This document shows, one piece after another, positions 46,773 to 56,260 of a stretch of 64,000 bases of DNA (the stretch's first letter is position 1; each line of letters opens with the position of its first letter). The notes under the pieces are model-generated. The model saw nothing but the letters and a program-made list of their open reading frames with translations, had not been told where the DNA came from and searched no databases. The position numbers and the translations under genes were made by a program. Where the stretch lies: NCBI GenBank assembly GCA_964523375.1, contig CAZFYG010000004.1, positions 13,652 to 77,651 on the forward strand. The letters are read 5' to 3'. The DNA is from an uncultured Gammaproteobacteria bacterium. Its GTDB lineage: Bacteria; Pseudomonadota; Gammaproteobacteria; Magnimaribacterales; D2472.

Positions 46773-47470
46773 TAATCATCCTCAGCTAAAATAAATGTAA
46801 ATCTATGTAGAACATCCTCAACAGACGTTGCCTTGCCATCTACAACCTTTGGTTTATATTTTAGTTTAAGGGCTGCTCGTGCGGAAGCGCTATTAAAAAT
46901 GGTGCATGGTCTAAACTCTGTTTCTGGATTTTGTGGATCTCCACACATCCCTTCAACTGGAACCACATCCTCCACCGTTCCACTGTCGGTAATTGTAAAC
47001 CTAACAAGTGCGTAACCCTGAGTTCCCCTTTCTTGCGCTCTTCTAGGGTAAATAGGAGTCACTTTGAAAAGAGGTATGTACTCTCCATCTCTAAAAAAAG
47101 ACCCGCCTGTCATTTTTTGTGCCTTAGGCTTACTAATTGTTACATCTAAACCAGCTAAAGGTTGGAGATCTACATCAGGCTGGGCAATATCTTCTGGCTG
47201 CTCATCAGGCTTCTCTGGTTTATCAACCTCTGTCATGAAAGTTTCTATCTGCCTCTCTGGCATAACAATGTCGGCAAGTTTGACTGATTTATCCTCTTTT
47301 ATTCCGCTATCGCCAAGAGAAATAAGTAAGACCATTATTGAGAAAAGAACTGTGGTTATAAGGACTGAAAATCCTATCCCAGCTACCCATTTATTTGCAT
47401 TAAATGCTGATATGTATATAGCATGGAGCGCTTTCAGAGGGACTGAAAAAATCTTAAGAACTGACTGCAT
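46772..47470 (-). CDS. tonB: Energy transducer TonB
   Basis: N-terminal anchor, acidic/Pro-rich spacer (EKPDEQPEDIAQPDVDLQP) and C-terminal TonB domain (YPRRAQERGTQGYALVRFTITDSGTV). Confidence 0.8.
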   Translation of the reverse strand: MQSVLKIFSVPLKALHAIYISAFNANKWVAGIGFSVLITTVLFSIMVLLISLGDSGIKEDKSVKLADIVMPERQIETFMTEVDKPEKPDEQPEDIAQPDVDLQPLAGLDVTISKPKAQKMTGGSFFRDGEYIPLFKVTPIYPRRAQERGTQGYALVRFTITDSGTVEDVVPVEGMCGDPQNPETEFRPCTIFNSASARAALKLKYKPKVVDGKATSVEDVLHRFTFILAEDD

Positions 47471-47479
47471 ATTTTTAAT

Positions 47480-47890
47480 TTATTTTGGCTCTGAAGCTAA
47501 AGAAATTGCTGTAACTCCAGCCTCTCTTGCTCCATCCATCACTTTAATTATTGTATCAGCAACTGCTTTTTCATCTGCTTGGATTACAACTGAGCCTTGA
47601 GGATTGTCAGCTAACATTTTTACAACGTTTGCTTTTACTTGTCTCACATCGATTCTTCTTCCATCCATCCAAACCTCACCAGTAGAACCTACAGCTATAA
47701 GTATAGCGGCATTTTCTTGAGTCTCAGCCGTATCAGAATCAGGTCTATTAATCTCAAGACCTGGCTCTTTAATAAAGTTAGCTGTAACGATAAAAAAGAT
47801 AAGCATGATGAAAACCACATCAAGCATAGGCGTTAAATTTATTTCACTATCCTCTTCCTTAACTGCTGTTGTTATTGCATTTCTTCTCAT
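47480..47890 (-). CDS. exbD: Biopolymer transport protein ExbD/TolR
   Basis: INLTPMLDVVFIMLIFFIV anchor with the conserved Asp. 136 aa. Confidence 0.85.
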   Translation of the reverse strand: MRRNAITTAVKEEDSEINLTPMLDVVFIMLIFFIVTANFIKEPGLEINRPDSDTAETQENAAILIAVGSTGEVWMDGRRIDVRQVKANVVKMLADNPQGSVVIQADEKAVADTIIKVMDGAREAGVTAISLASEPK

Positions 47891-47898
47891 AAATACTC

Positions 47899-48429
47899 CT
47901 ATAGTTCTCTTTTAATTAGATTATTAAGATCTGATTCATGTTTCTCACTTGCACTAGTTAAATATATGCTTATAAAAACCCCCGAAAGTGCAACTACCAT
48001 TCCAGCCATAGTGGGAAGAGTTGCTTTAGAAACACCTCCTGCCATAGCCCTGGCATCACCACCCCCATTAAAGGCCATTACTTGGAAAACTTCTATCATT
48101 CCTGTAACAGTTCCTAAAAGACCAAAAAGCGGTGCAAGCATTACACACGTTTGTATCATGGTCATATTTTTATTTATTTGTATTTTTGCCTCAGATATTA
48201 ATTTCTCTCTTATTTGAAGGGCATGCCAAGATGTTTTATCTTTACGTGTGTTCCACTTTTCAGCAAGAGTCTTCACATAAACATTATGGCCATGTGAGAA
48301 ATACCATATTCTTTCAAATATCATGCCCCACATAAAAAATACCAATATAGCAATTAGCCAAAGCACACTTCCGCCAGCTTCCATAAAATCTCTTATGGAT
48401 GAAAGTGCTTCTACGAGTGCATATGGCAT
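47899..48429 (-). CDS. exbB: MotA/TolQ/ExbB proton-channel protein (ExbB)
   Basis: 176 aa, three TM segments, APLFGLLGTVTGMIEVF motif. Confidence 0.8.
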   Translation of the reverse strand: MPYALVEALSSIRDFMEAGGSVLWLIAILVFFMWGMIFERIWYFSHGHNVYVKTLAEKWNTRKDKTSWHALQIREKLISEAKIQINKNMTMIQTCVMLAPLFGLLGTVTGMIEVFQVMAFNGGGDARAMAGGVSKATLPTMAGMVVALSGVFISIYLTSASEKHESDLNNLIKREL

Positions 48430-48437
48430 TCTACTTC

Positions 48438-49823
48438 CTACTTAGCTTCAGAGTGTTCAGCCAAAATACCTGTACTTTGCTCTTCTAATGTACTAATTAT
48501 TCCTCTAGCAGATGATGCTGTAAAGGAATGAAGAAGAGTTGTTGGTATAGCAACTAACAAACCTAAAACTGTTGTTACAAGAGCCTGGGAAATACCTCCA
48601 GCCATAAGCTTTGGATCTCCTGTTCCATATAACGTAATCATTTGGAAAGTAACGATCATACCGGTTACGGTTCCTAGCAAGCCTGCTAGTGGTGCCACAA
48701 CAGAGATAATCCTAACTGCACCAATCCATCTTTCTATAGCTGGTCTTTCTGCCATTATTGCTTCTGCAAGTTTTAGCTCTAAAGTATCAATATCTTTTTC
48801 AAAATTATCTTGCCCAACCTTTAAAACTCTTCCAAGTGGATTTCTTGGATCAGCAGCTTTTGAGCTAGCTTGATTTTTTACAGCCCTAGCAACACCTGCA
48901 AGTTCAATAAGTTTATATATAGCTATAATAATACCAATAGTACCAACTGCAATAATTGCATATCCTACCTCTCTACCCTGTTGAGCTCTTTCAACTAAAG
49001 AAGGAGTTTGTATTAGGTTCGCTAGCAGACTGCCTCCAGTAGGACCTGTTGGGTCAATACCAAATTTAACTTGCTCTCCAGATGAAGATGCAGCGATATT
49101 TTTAGCAGTTTTTGTAAATCTTCCAGCTGGCTGTCTAGGCAAGAATGCATACTGGCCCTTAGTAGCTGAATACTCAAGGTATTTACCGTTACATACTGCA
49201 TTAAATAGACCAACTCTAACAACGTTGCATTCTGATGTTGTGCCGTCCGTATCACTTACCATTGTATTGAAACTAACTACTTGACCACTTGCAATCATTT
49301 CTCTTTGCAGCTCATACCAAAGACCTTCTATTTCTCTAATAGTAGGTAGTTCTGTTGTCTCTGACATTTTTCCTGTTAAGTCGTTAAGAAACGCAACCCT
49401 TTCTACTCCAAATTGAGCAGAGGTAAGAGAGCCTCCAAACTGAACTGCAGCCTCTCCAGCTGAACTTTGAAGATGTCCAAATAATTCGACTAAAGAACCA
49501 AGTTCTTTTTTATAAGCCTCTTCCTTAACTCTTAATGTTTCCTCATTTTTTTTGTAGTCTGCCTCGAGCTTATCAGCAATTTTTTCTTGTCTTACTAATT
49601 CTCTTTTCTCGGCAGCCAAAATTGAAGCCTGCTTATTCTTATTTGAAAGGAATTTTTTTTCTCTATCTGCATTCTCTGATTGCTCTCTTGTTTTTCCTTC
49701 TTTTACCAAGGATAGCAAAGCTTCAACAGTTGTTGGCTCTTCAACAATCACATCATCTTGTGCGAACAAAGATGAAACTAAAGAAAAAACTAGAAAAAAC
49801 GGAAGTATATTTAAATTTTTCAT
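48438..49823 (-). CDS. Large MotA/TolQ/ExbB-domain protein (TtpC-like)
   Basis: Signal peptide and periplasmic coiled coil, then a C-terminal ExbB-like channel domain (APLAGLLGTVTGMIVTFQ). Confidence 0.75.
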   Translation of the reverse strand: MKNLNILPFFLVFSLVSSLFAQDDVIVEEPTTVEALLSLVKEGKTREQSENADREKKFLSNKNKQASILAAEKRELVRQEKIADKLEADYKKNEETLRVKEEAYKKELGSLVELFGHLQSSAGEAAVQFGGSLTSAQFGVERVAFLNDLTGKMSETTELPTIREIEGLWYELQREMIASGQVVSFNTMVSDTDGTTSECNVVRVGLFNAVCNGKYLEYSATKGQYAFLPRQPAGRFTKTAKNIAASSSGEQVKFGIDPTGPTGGSLLANLIQTPSLVERAQQGREVGYAIIAVGTIGIIIAIYKLIELAGVARAVKNQASSKAADPRNPLGRVLKVGQDNFEKDIDTLELKLAEAIMAERPAIERWIGAVRIISVVAPLAGLLGTVTGMIVTFQMITLYGTGDPKLMAGGISQALVTTVLGLLVAIPTTLLHSFTASSARGIISTLEEQSTGILAEHSEAK

Positions 49824-50611
49824 TATGCCTCTCCTTTGATTACTGGCATCAACAACATATCTACTGGTGTAAGTTTTTTAGCCATTCTTATGCCGTCTCT
49901 GATTGGTTTTGTATAACTTGATGGAAGATTTTCCCATTCACCAATTTCATTATTCCAACGACCGCTAGATCTTTCATCTTTAGTCTGATAAAACATTCCC
50001 ACTCTACCTATAACAAGAATGTTAACTTCTAGATCGTTATTATTAATAGATATAGTTTGAGGGTATGTGTCAATTTTTCGCCCATACTCTGCTTCGATGT
50101 TATAGGCCTCTAGGACTTGTCTTACTTGCTCGGAAGCAGTTACTTTAGGCTTTGCTAACGATGACCTGACAACATCAATTCTATTCTGCCTTTCTTCTAA
50201 TCTAAAAGGAGTATCTAGAGATATAAAACTCTCAAGGCTTTCAAGCATTCTTTGTGCTAAAGGGGGAATCTGCCTTTGCATAACAACTACTTGTACAAGC
50301 TGATCATCAAGTTTATCCATTAGCTCAAGCTGAGCTTTTATCTGAATTCTTTTTTGTTCGTTATAAACTCTTAAGCCCTCTACTTGCTTAGAGACTGCTT
50401 TCCATTCGTTAACAATCTTATCAGTCTGCCTTTCTGTAGCATCGATTTTATCTTGAGAAGATGCAGATAACTCTTGATTCTCTCTACCAACTTTTAAAAC
50501 ACTTTCCATATTGACTGATGCAGTTGTAGCATTAGCATTTTCTTCAGAAAACGTGCTTAAAGGCAAAGAAATGATTATGCACAATTGCATAAAAAACAAT
50601 TTATTTTTCAT
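49823..50611 (-). CDS. DUF3450 periplasmic coiled-coil protein (TtpB-like)
   Basis: The start at 50611 (MKNKLFFMQL) has AGGGAG 8 nt upstream. Signal peptide and coiled-coil region. First gene of the TonB2-type cluster. Confidence 0.6.
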   Translation of the reverse strand: MKNKLFFMQLCIIISLPLSTFSEENANATTASVNMESVLKVGRENQELSASSQDKIDATERQTDKIVNEWKAVSKQVEGLRVYNEQKRIQIKAQLELMDKLDDQLVQVVVMQRQIPPLAQRMLESLESFISLDTPFRLEERQNRIDVVRSSLAKPKVTASEQVRQVLEAYNIEAEYGRKIDTYPQTISINNNDLEVNILVIGRVGMFYQTKDERSSGRWNNEIGEWENLPSSYTKPIRDGIRMAKKLTPVDMLLMPVIKGEA

Positions 50612-50630
50612 TATTGACTCCCTAAAAGTT

Positions 50631-50662
50631 TGCATATAATAACAGTCATAGCTTTATATGCA
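50631..50662. promoter_or_regulatory. 9-bp inverted repeat with embedded Fur-like box upstream of the TonB2-type operon
   Basis: TGCATATAA-N14-TTATATGCA. The 19-mer at 50635-50653 matches 11/19 of the Fur consensus. It lies 20-50 nt upstream of the first gene. AT-rich background makes chance matches likely. Confidence 0.3.
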
Positions 50663-50716
50663 AAATCTATGTGTGACTTTAATATTAAGATTTATAAATG
50701 TCATTATTTAAAACAA

Positions 50717-51565
50717 TTATAGCTTTGGAAATAACATAGGTGTTGATTTCTGATAGGTCTTATATTCTTCTAAATGACCCCATTTCTTATACCCTCTTGA
50801 TTCAAGCATTCTTACTCCGCTCACATAAACTAAAAGTATGTATGTGAAGATGGGTGAGATGAGGGTTATATATTGAAGCCCTTGTAAAGAAGAAAATGAC
50901 ATCAATGCTACGGCTAACCATAGAACTATTTCGCCAAAGTAGTTTGGATGTCTTGATTTAGCCCATAAACCAGTGGTAATAAATTTATCTCTATTCTCAG
51001 GAATTGCTCTAAATTTTGATTTTTGCTTATCAGCAACTATTTCAGTACAAAATCCATATATGAATAAACCAAGGCCTATATAAAATAATGCGTTTACAGA
51101 GACGCCTGTATCTGACGAGATAGCTGTTAAGGCACACATTGAGCATAAAGAGACCCAAAGCCCTTGAAGAGTCCATGTCATAAAAAACTGGGTTGCTGAA
51201 GGTTTGATGGTTCTGAACCTCTTATCCTCTCCATCTTTATGAACTCTCATAAACAAAAAACTTCCAAGCCTTAGCGCCCATAAACTAATGAGAAAGACTA
51301 GGGCAATGTTTGCACCATTTAAATTTGAAAAATTATTAGATGAGAAATACAAAGAAAACCACATTACTGTTAAATAAGTGATGCTGCCCATTAGGTCGTA
51401 AAATTTTTCTGTTTGAAATACGTAAGCAGGGATAAATGCAATCCATTGCATACAAAATGCAATTATTACAGCCTTAACGACCAAATCTAACCCGGTTCCA
51501 TTTGCTATAAACAATGCGACAAGGAAAACAGCTAAGGAGATTAATATATTTATAACTTTATTCAT
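50717..51565 (-). CDS. DUF1295 polytopic membrane protein (steroid-5-alpha-reductase/ICMT-like superfamily)
   Basis: C-terminal KSRHPNYFGEIVLW motif and multiple TM helices. The start at 51565 (MNKVINIL) forms an ATGA overlap with the peptidase stop. Confidence 0.65.
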   Translation of the reverse strand: MNKVINILISLAVFLVALFIANGTGLDLVVKAVIIAFCMQWIAFIPAYVFQTEKFYDLMGSITYLTVMWFSLYFSSNNFSNLNGANIALVFLISLWALRLGSFLFMRVHKDGEDKRFRTIKPSATQFFMTWTLQGLWVSLCSMCALTAISSDTGVSVNALFYIGLGLFIYGFCTEIVADKQKSKFRAIPENRDKFITTGLWAKSRHPNYFGEIVLWLAVALMSFSSLQGLQYITLISPIFTYILLVYVSGVRMLESRGYKKWGHLEEYKTYQKSTPMLFPKL

Positions 51566-53382
51566 GATTTGCTCCATCCGCATGATCTATTTTCATTTTG
51601 AATATCAAGCCAGTCTTTTAGAGGCTTATAATAATTAATTATAGACTGACCACTTAGTTCTTGGGTACCCGTTATTTCTTCAAAAGCATTCTGCCATGGG
51701 ACGCTATTTCCAAGAGCCATTGTCGATATAATTTTATCGCCAGCATCAGTATTCCCATAGATTGAACATTCATGAAGCAGCCCATCAAACCCAGACGAAT
51801 TACAAAGAGCTTCATGAAATTGATACTGCATAATTCTAGCAAGATAATATCTAGTATATGGTGTGTTGGCAGGAATATGGTATTTTGCACCTGGGTCAAA
51901 GCTCTCACTTGATCTAATATCAGGAGCTGATATTCCTTGATAGTAGTTTCTCATCTCCCACCAAGAATCATTTAAATCTTCATAAGCTGTCTCGCCTTTA
52001 AATACTCCTGCCCTCCATTTATCTAACATTAAGGCCCAAGGAACTACCACAACACCCTCTAAGGCCTGTTTCATTAAAAGGCCAATGGCATCATTTTTTG
52101 CCTCCTCTGCTTGATCTTGGCTAATAAAACCAATTTGTTTTAGGTAATCTGGAGTGATAGAAAGAGTTAATAAGTCACCAAAGGCCTCATGAAAACCATC
52201 ATTGGCTCCTGACCTGAATAGAGATGGCAAATGATTGTATGCTTGATAGTAAAAAATATGACCGAGCTCATGGTGAATTGTAGAAAAATCTTCTTCATTT
52301 TTTTCGATGCACATCTTAATTCTGAGATCATTATTTGCTGGGTCTAAGTTCCATGCAGAAGCATGACAGACAACAGATCTATCAAGTGGCTTAGTAAATA
52401 AAGACCTTTCCCAAAATGTTTCCGGTAATGATTCAAAGCCAATGGATAAAAAGAAATCCTCAGCTATCTCCACCATCTCTATTTCGCTTAGGTTTTTTTC
52501 TAATATTATGTTGGTGACATCATAAGAGCTATCGCTTGAATCTACCTCATACACAATGTCATATATATTTGACCAAGATTGGCCCCACATATTTCCTAAA
52601 AGATGAACAGGAATTGGCCCAGAAATATCAACAATATCATCGCCATATTCCTGATTCAACTTATCTCTTACATGGCAATGAAGGGCATCATAAAGAGGCT
52701 TAACATCTTCCCACACGCCATCAATACTTCTTAAAAAATCTTCAGAAGGCATGTCGTACTTGCTGAACCAAAGATCTGATAAGTCTGCAAATCCTAAATC
52801 CTGAGCGCCTTGATTTCCTATCTCAACCATTCTCATGTATGGATCTTTCATAGCCTTACCCACCTCATGCCACCCTGTCCAAGCTCTTTTTAGCTGATCT
52901 GGATTTCTAGAATTATCAATAATAGATTCAAAACCCTCAAGATCATTACATTCATTCTCAGAATAACAATATTGCCCACTTCCATACGTTGCACTTAATT
53001 TTGTTTCTATCTTCGAAAGTTCAGAAGCAAGGTTTTCATCAAAAGGCGGCGGCATAACAAAGGCTGTTTTGAGAATTTCTAACTTTCTTCTATTTTCCTC
53101 AGAAGTGACGACATCATTAAAGGCGCTTGCATCTTTTGATTTCTGTAAAGCATCTAGAGTACTTCTTTTAGAATAATCAGAAAGCACCATCTGTGAATCA
53201 TGCGTTATGAAATTTGAGCTTATCCATGACGCTGAATAAATAATTGGATTTAAAGCTTCGTTATCCTGTTCTACTTTCTCAAGAAAGCTAATAAGTTCTT
53301 CATTTTGTACAGTTTGTTCGCTTGATTTGCTACAAGAAGTTACAATTGAGAAAGTAATAATAAATATAAATAATTTTTTCAT
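51562..53382 (-). CDS. Peptidyl-dipeptidase A, M2 family (angiotensin-converting-enzyme-like), predicted lipoprotein
   Basis: Zinc motif HHELGHIFYY plus downstream HEAFGDLL (the M2 HEXXH...EAxGD pattern). The start at 53382 has GAGG upstream. The signal ends in the lipobox-like IVTSC. Confidence 0.8.
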   Translation of the reverse strand: MKKLFIFIITFSIVTSCSKSSEQTVQNEELISFLEKVEQDNEALNPIIYSASWISSNFITHDSQMVLSDYSKRSTLDALQKSKDASAFNDVVTSEENRRKLEILKTAFVMPPPFDENLASELSKIETKLSATYGSGQYCYSENECNDLEGFESIIDNSRNPDQLKRAWTGWHEVGKAMKDPYMRMVEIGNQGAQDLGFADLSDLWFSKYDMPSEDFLRSIDGVWEDVKPLYDALHCHVRDKLNQEYGDDIVDISGPIPVHLLGNMWGQSWSNIYDIVYEVDSSDSSYDVTNIILEKNLSEIEMVEIAEDFFLSIGFESLPETFWERSLFTKPLDRSVVCHASAWNLDPANNDLRIKMCIEKNEEDFSTIHHELGHIFYYQAYNHLPSLFRSGANDGFHEAFGDLLTLSITPDYLKQIGFISQDQAEEAKNDAIGLLMKQALEGVVVVPWALMLDKWRAGVFKGETAYEDLNDSWWEMRNYYQGISAPDIRSSESFDPGAKYHIPANTPYTRYYLARIMQYQFHEALCNSSGFDGLLHECSIYGNTDAGDKIISTMALGNSVPWQNAFEEITGTQELSGQSIINYYKPLKDWLDIQNENRSCGWSKS

Positions 53383-53415
53383 TCTAATGACCTCTTCAAT
53401 TAAAATAACATAACT

Positions 53416-53976
53416 ATGAAAATTTCTACAAGCCAATTTAAAAATGGAACAAAACTTTTATTAGATGGAGTTCCTTGCTCGATCGTTAACCATGAGTTCC
53501 ACAAGCCTGGTAAAGGGCAAGCTGTAATGAGAGTTAAATATAAAAATCTTATAACTGGCAACACAAATGATAAAACATTTAAATCTGGAGAATCTGTTGA
53601 AACTGCAGATATTGATCATAAAGAGATGGAGTTTTTATACTCTGATGGTAATAGCTGGCATTTTATGGATTCTATTACATATGAGCAGATAGAGATTGGT
53701 GCTGAAGTCATGAAAGATGCAAAGAAGTGGCTTGTAGGTCAAGAAATATGCGAGGTTGTTACTTGGGATGATTTACCTATTTTGGTTGAGCCACCTATAT
53801 TTGTTGAGCTCACTATATCCAGATCAGAGCCTGGTGTTAAAGGGGATACTGTTTCGGGAGCAACAAAGCCCGCAGAGCTTGAAACTGGTGTAATTGTTAA
53901 TGTTCCTTTATTTGTTAATGAGGGCGAAAAGATCAAGGTCGACACCAGGACTGAGGAATACTCTAGCCGAGCATAG
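53416..53976 (+). CDS. efp: Elongation factor P
   Basis: FKNGTKLLLDGVPCSIVNHEFHKPGKGQAVMRVKYKNL, with the modified-Lys loop KPGKG. Confidence 0.95.
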   Translation: MKISTSQFKNGTKLLLDGVPCSIVNHEFHKPGKGQAVMRVKYKNLITGNTNDKTFKSGESVETADIDHKEMEFLYSDGNSWHFMDSITYEQIEIGAEVMKDAKKWLVGQEICEVVTWDDLPILVEPPIFVELTISRSEPGVKGDTVSGATKPAELETGVIVNVPLFVNEGEKIKVDTRTEEYSSRA

Positions 53977-53980
53977 CTTC

Positions 53981-55720
53981 ATGATCAAAGAAATTAATAA
54001 GAAAATAGACTCATTTTTTGTAGATTTTTGCGACATAGCAACGCCAGAGTTAATGAGTATTCAGGCTAAATATACTACGTCAATTACTGATGATCTTTCA
54101 AAGGGACACATTACATCAAATGTTTGCATGATTGCTGCAGGTATTTTGAAGAAGAATCCGGTTATGCTTTCTAAAGAATTGGCTTCAAATCTTTCTCAAT
54201 CGTCATTTGTAGAAAGTGCTGAATCAGCTGGTCCTGGTTTTGTAAATATCAAGCTAACGAGACAAGCATTTATAAGCTCTATAAATATAGCAAATTCTAA
54301 ACTTAAGGATTATGGGAACAATAGTTTTGATGCTAAGAAAAAGATTCAAATAGAGTTTGTTTCAGCCAACCCAACTGGTCCACTGCATGTAGGGCATGGA
54401 AGAGGAGCTGCTTATGGCGATGCAATTGGAAGAATTTTAGAAGCTTGCGGTCATGAAGTTCATAAAGAGTATTATGTAAATGATGCGGGGAGACAGATTG
54501 ACATTCTAACGGCTAGTGTATACCTACGACTTGCTGATTTAAAAGATAATCAAATGCTGGAAAGCTCTTATAAAGGCGAGTATATAAAAGAAATTGCGTC
54601 TGATTTCAGTGTTAAATTTAGTAAATCTGATGTTGATATTGGGGGGATATTAAATGATATTTCTGAAAAAGATGCTGAAAAACAAATAGACGAACTTATA
54701 GGAAGAATAAAAGCTACATCAAGTTTGTGGGCAGATGTAAAGAAGCTTGCATTATCTCTTGTGCTCGATTCAATAAAAGACGATCTGCGAGATTTTGATG
54801 TTATTCATGATGATTGGTATTTTGAATCATCACTAGGCTATCTGTCCGAGGAATCATCGTCAATAAGCTTGGCAATGAAGAAATTAGAAAAAGAGGGCTT
54901 AGCATACAGAGAAAATGGAGCCCTGTGGCTAAATACATCATCTGCAAATGATGATAAAAACAGAGTTTTAATCAGGGAGGATGGTAGGCCGACCTATTTT
55001 GCATCTGATGTTGCTTATCATAAGAATAAAATCGACAGAGGTTTTGATGAGCTTATAAATGTTTGGGGTGCAGACCACCATGGGTATATAAAAAGAATAG
55101 AGGCGTCTATAGATGGGCTAGGCTTTAACAAAGATAAGCTCAATGTCCAGCTTGTTCAGTTTGCAAACCTTTTTAGAGACGGCAAAAAAGTTAAAATGTC
55201 TACACGAAGTGGAGAGTTTTATACCCTAGCAGATTTAGTAAATGAAATTGGTAAGGATGCTGCAAGGTTTTACTATTTATCTAAACAAGCCGATCAACAC
55301 CTTGACTTCGATATTGATCTTGCAAAAGCTGATAATAAAGAAAACATTTTTTATTACATTCAGTATGCACATGCAAGGATTTGCTCTCTACAAGAAAAGT
55401 ATTTAGAAATAAATGGATCTCTGCCAACTTCTGCTGAGCAAATTGAGGCAAATAAGTATATTAAGTGCGATGACATTATTCATGAAGTAAGTAAATTTCC
55501 TGGAATAGTCCAGAGATCTGCTAATAGCCTACAACCACATCTAATAATTTACTTTTTAAAGGACTTCGCTCAATCATTTCATAGTTTTTATAATGACAAT
55601 CACATTCTTTCTGATACTAAAGAGAATGCTCAATCAATAATTTTCTGTCTTAATGCTTCAAAGCAAGTTTTGGCAAACGGCCTAAGGCTTTTGGGAATTA
55701 AGCCAATTCAAAAAATGTGA
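53981..55720 (+). CDS. argS: Arginine--tRNA ligase
   Basis: HIGH-type ANPTGPLHVGHGRGAAYGD and KMSKS-type KMSTRSG. The ATG at 53981 (MIKEINKK), 4 nt after the efp stop, is preferred over the ORF-track start at 53894, which overlaps efp. Confidence 0.9.
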   Translation: MIKEINKKIDSFFVDFCDIATPELMSIQAKYTTSITDDLSKGHITSNVCMIAAGILKKNPVMLSKELASNLSQSSFVESAESAGPGFVNIKLTRQAFISSINIANSKLKDYGNNSFDAKKKIQIEFVSANPTGPLHVGHGRGAAYGDAIGRILEACGHEVHKEYYVNDAGRQIDILTASVYLRLADLKDNQMLESSYKGEYIKEIASDFSVKFSKSDVDIGGILNDISEKDAEKQIDELIGRIKATSSLWADVKKLALSLVLDSIKDDLRDFDVIHDDWYFESSLGYLSEESSSISLAMKKLEKEGLAYRENGALWLNTSSANDDKNRVLIREDGRPTYFASDVAYHKNKIDRGFDELINVWGADHHGYIKRIEASIDGLGFNKDKLNVQLVQFANLFRDGKKVKMSTRSGEFYTLADLVNEIGKDAARFYYLSKQADQHLDFDIDLAKADNKENIFYYIQYAHARICSLQEKYLEINGSLPTSAEQIEANKYIKCDDIIHEVSKFPGIVQRSANSLQPHLIIYFLKDFAQSFHSFYNDNHILSDTKENAQSIIFCLNASKQVLANGLRLLGIKPIQKM

Positions 55721-55726
55721 TCTAGC

Positions 55727-56260
55727 GTGAAAGATTATGCAAAGAGAAGAACTCAGGCAACGAAGAAAAATTTAAAGAGCAGGCCTTCATTTAAAGCAAG
55801 GCATAGTCAGGAAAAAGTTATACCTAATAGTCAATTGATGATTTTGCTAGCACTTGCATTTTTAAGTGCATTTACATCCCTTTATTACTTTAATACAGAT
55901 ATAAAGATTTTTGAGCCAAGAGAGGTAAGCAATGAAATAGAATTTAACTTTCCAATAAGGCTTCAAGAAAATGAAATATTGATTGAAATTGATGAAAGTA
56001 TGAAGAACATTTCATGCACATATTATTTACAAGTTGAAACATACGGAAGGAAAGAATTTGCAAAAGAAACACTTAAAGATGTTATGGATGACGGGGAGGC
56101 AAGTATCGATGAGGTTAATAGTGTTGCTAGGCCTGGAAAAATATTTTATCGGGTCCTTATGGGCCCCTATGAAAACAGGTCAGCTGTAAATAATTCACGA
56201 GAGAGAATAGCAAAGAAAGGATACTCACCCCTAGTAAGGCAATCATGCATCACGAAATAG
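55727..56260 (+). CDS. SPOR-domain cell-division/peptidoglycan-binding protein
   Basis: Basic N-terminus, one TM helix, and a C-terminal SPOR-like module (YYLQVETYGRKEFAKETL...YRVLMGPYENRSAVNNSRERIAKKGY). GTG start. Confidence 0.6.
   Translation: MKDYAKRRTQATKKNLKSRPSFKARHSQEKVIPNSQLMILLALAFLSAFTSLYYFNTDIKIFEPREVSNEIEFNFPIRLQENEILIEIDESMKNISCTYYLQVETYGRKEFAKETLKDVMDDGEASIDEVNSVARPGKIFYRVLMGPYENRSAVNNSRERIAKKGYSPLVRQSCITK

Noticed and set aside
47064-47600. 178-aa plus-strand ORF spanning the tonB/exbD junction
   Set aside because: Antisense to two well-supported genes and crosses their intergenic gap. Ser/Gly/Ile-rich shadow frame.
53894-53980. Upstream extension of argS (ORF-track start at 53894)
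   Set aside because: It would overlap the last 83 nt of efp and add a non-homologous hydrophobic or basic leader. The ATG at 53981 gives a typical ArgRS N-terminus 4 nt after the efp stop.
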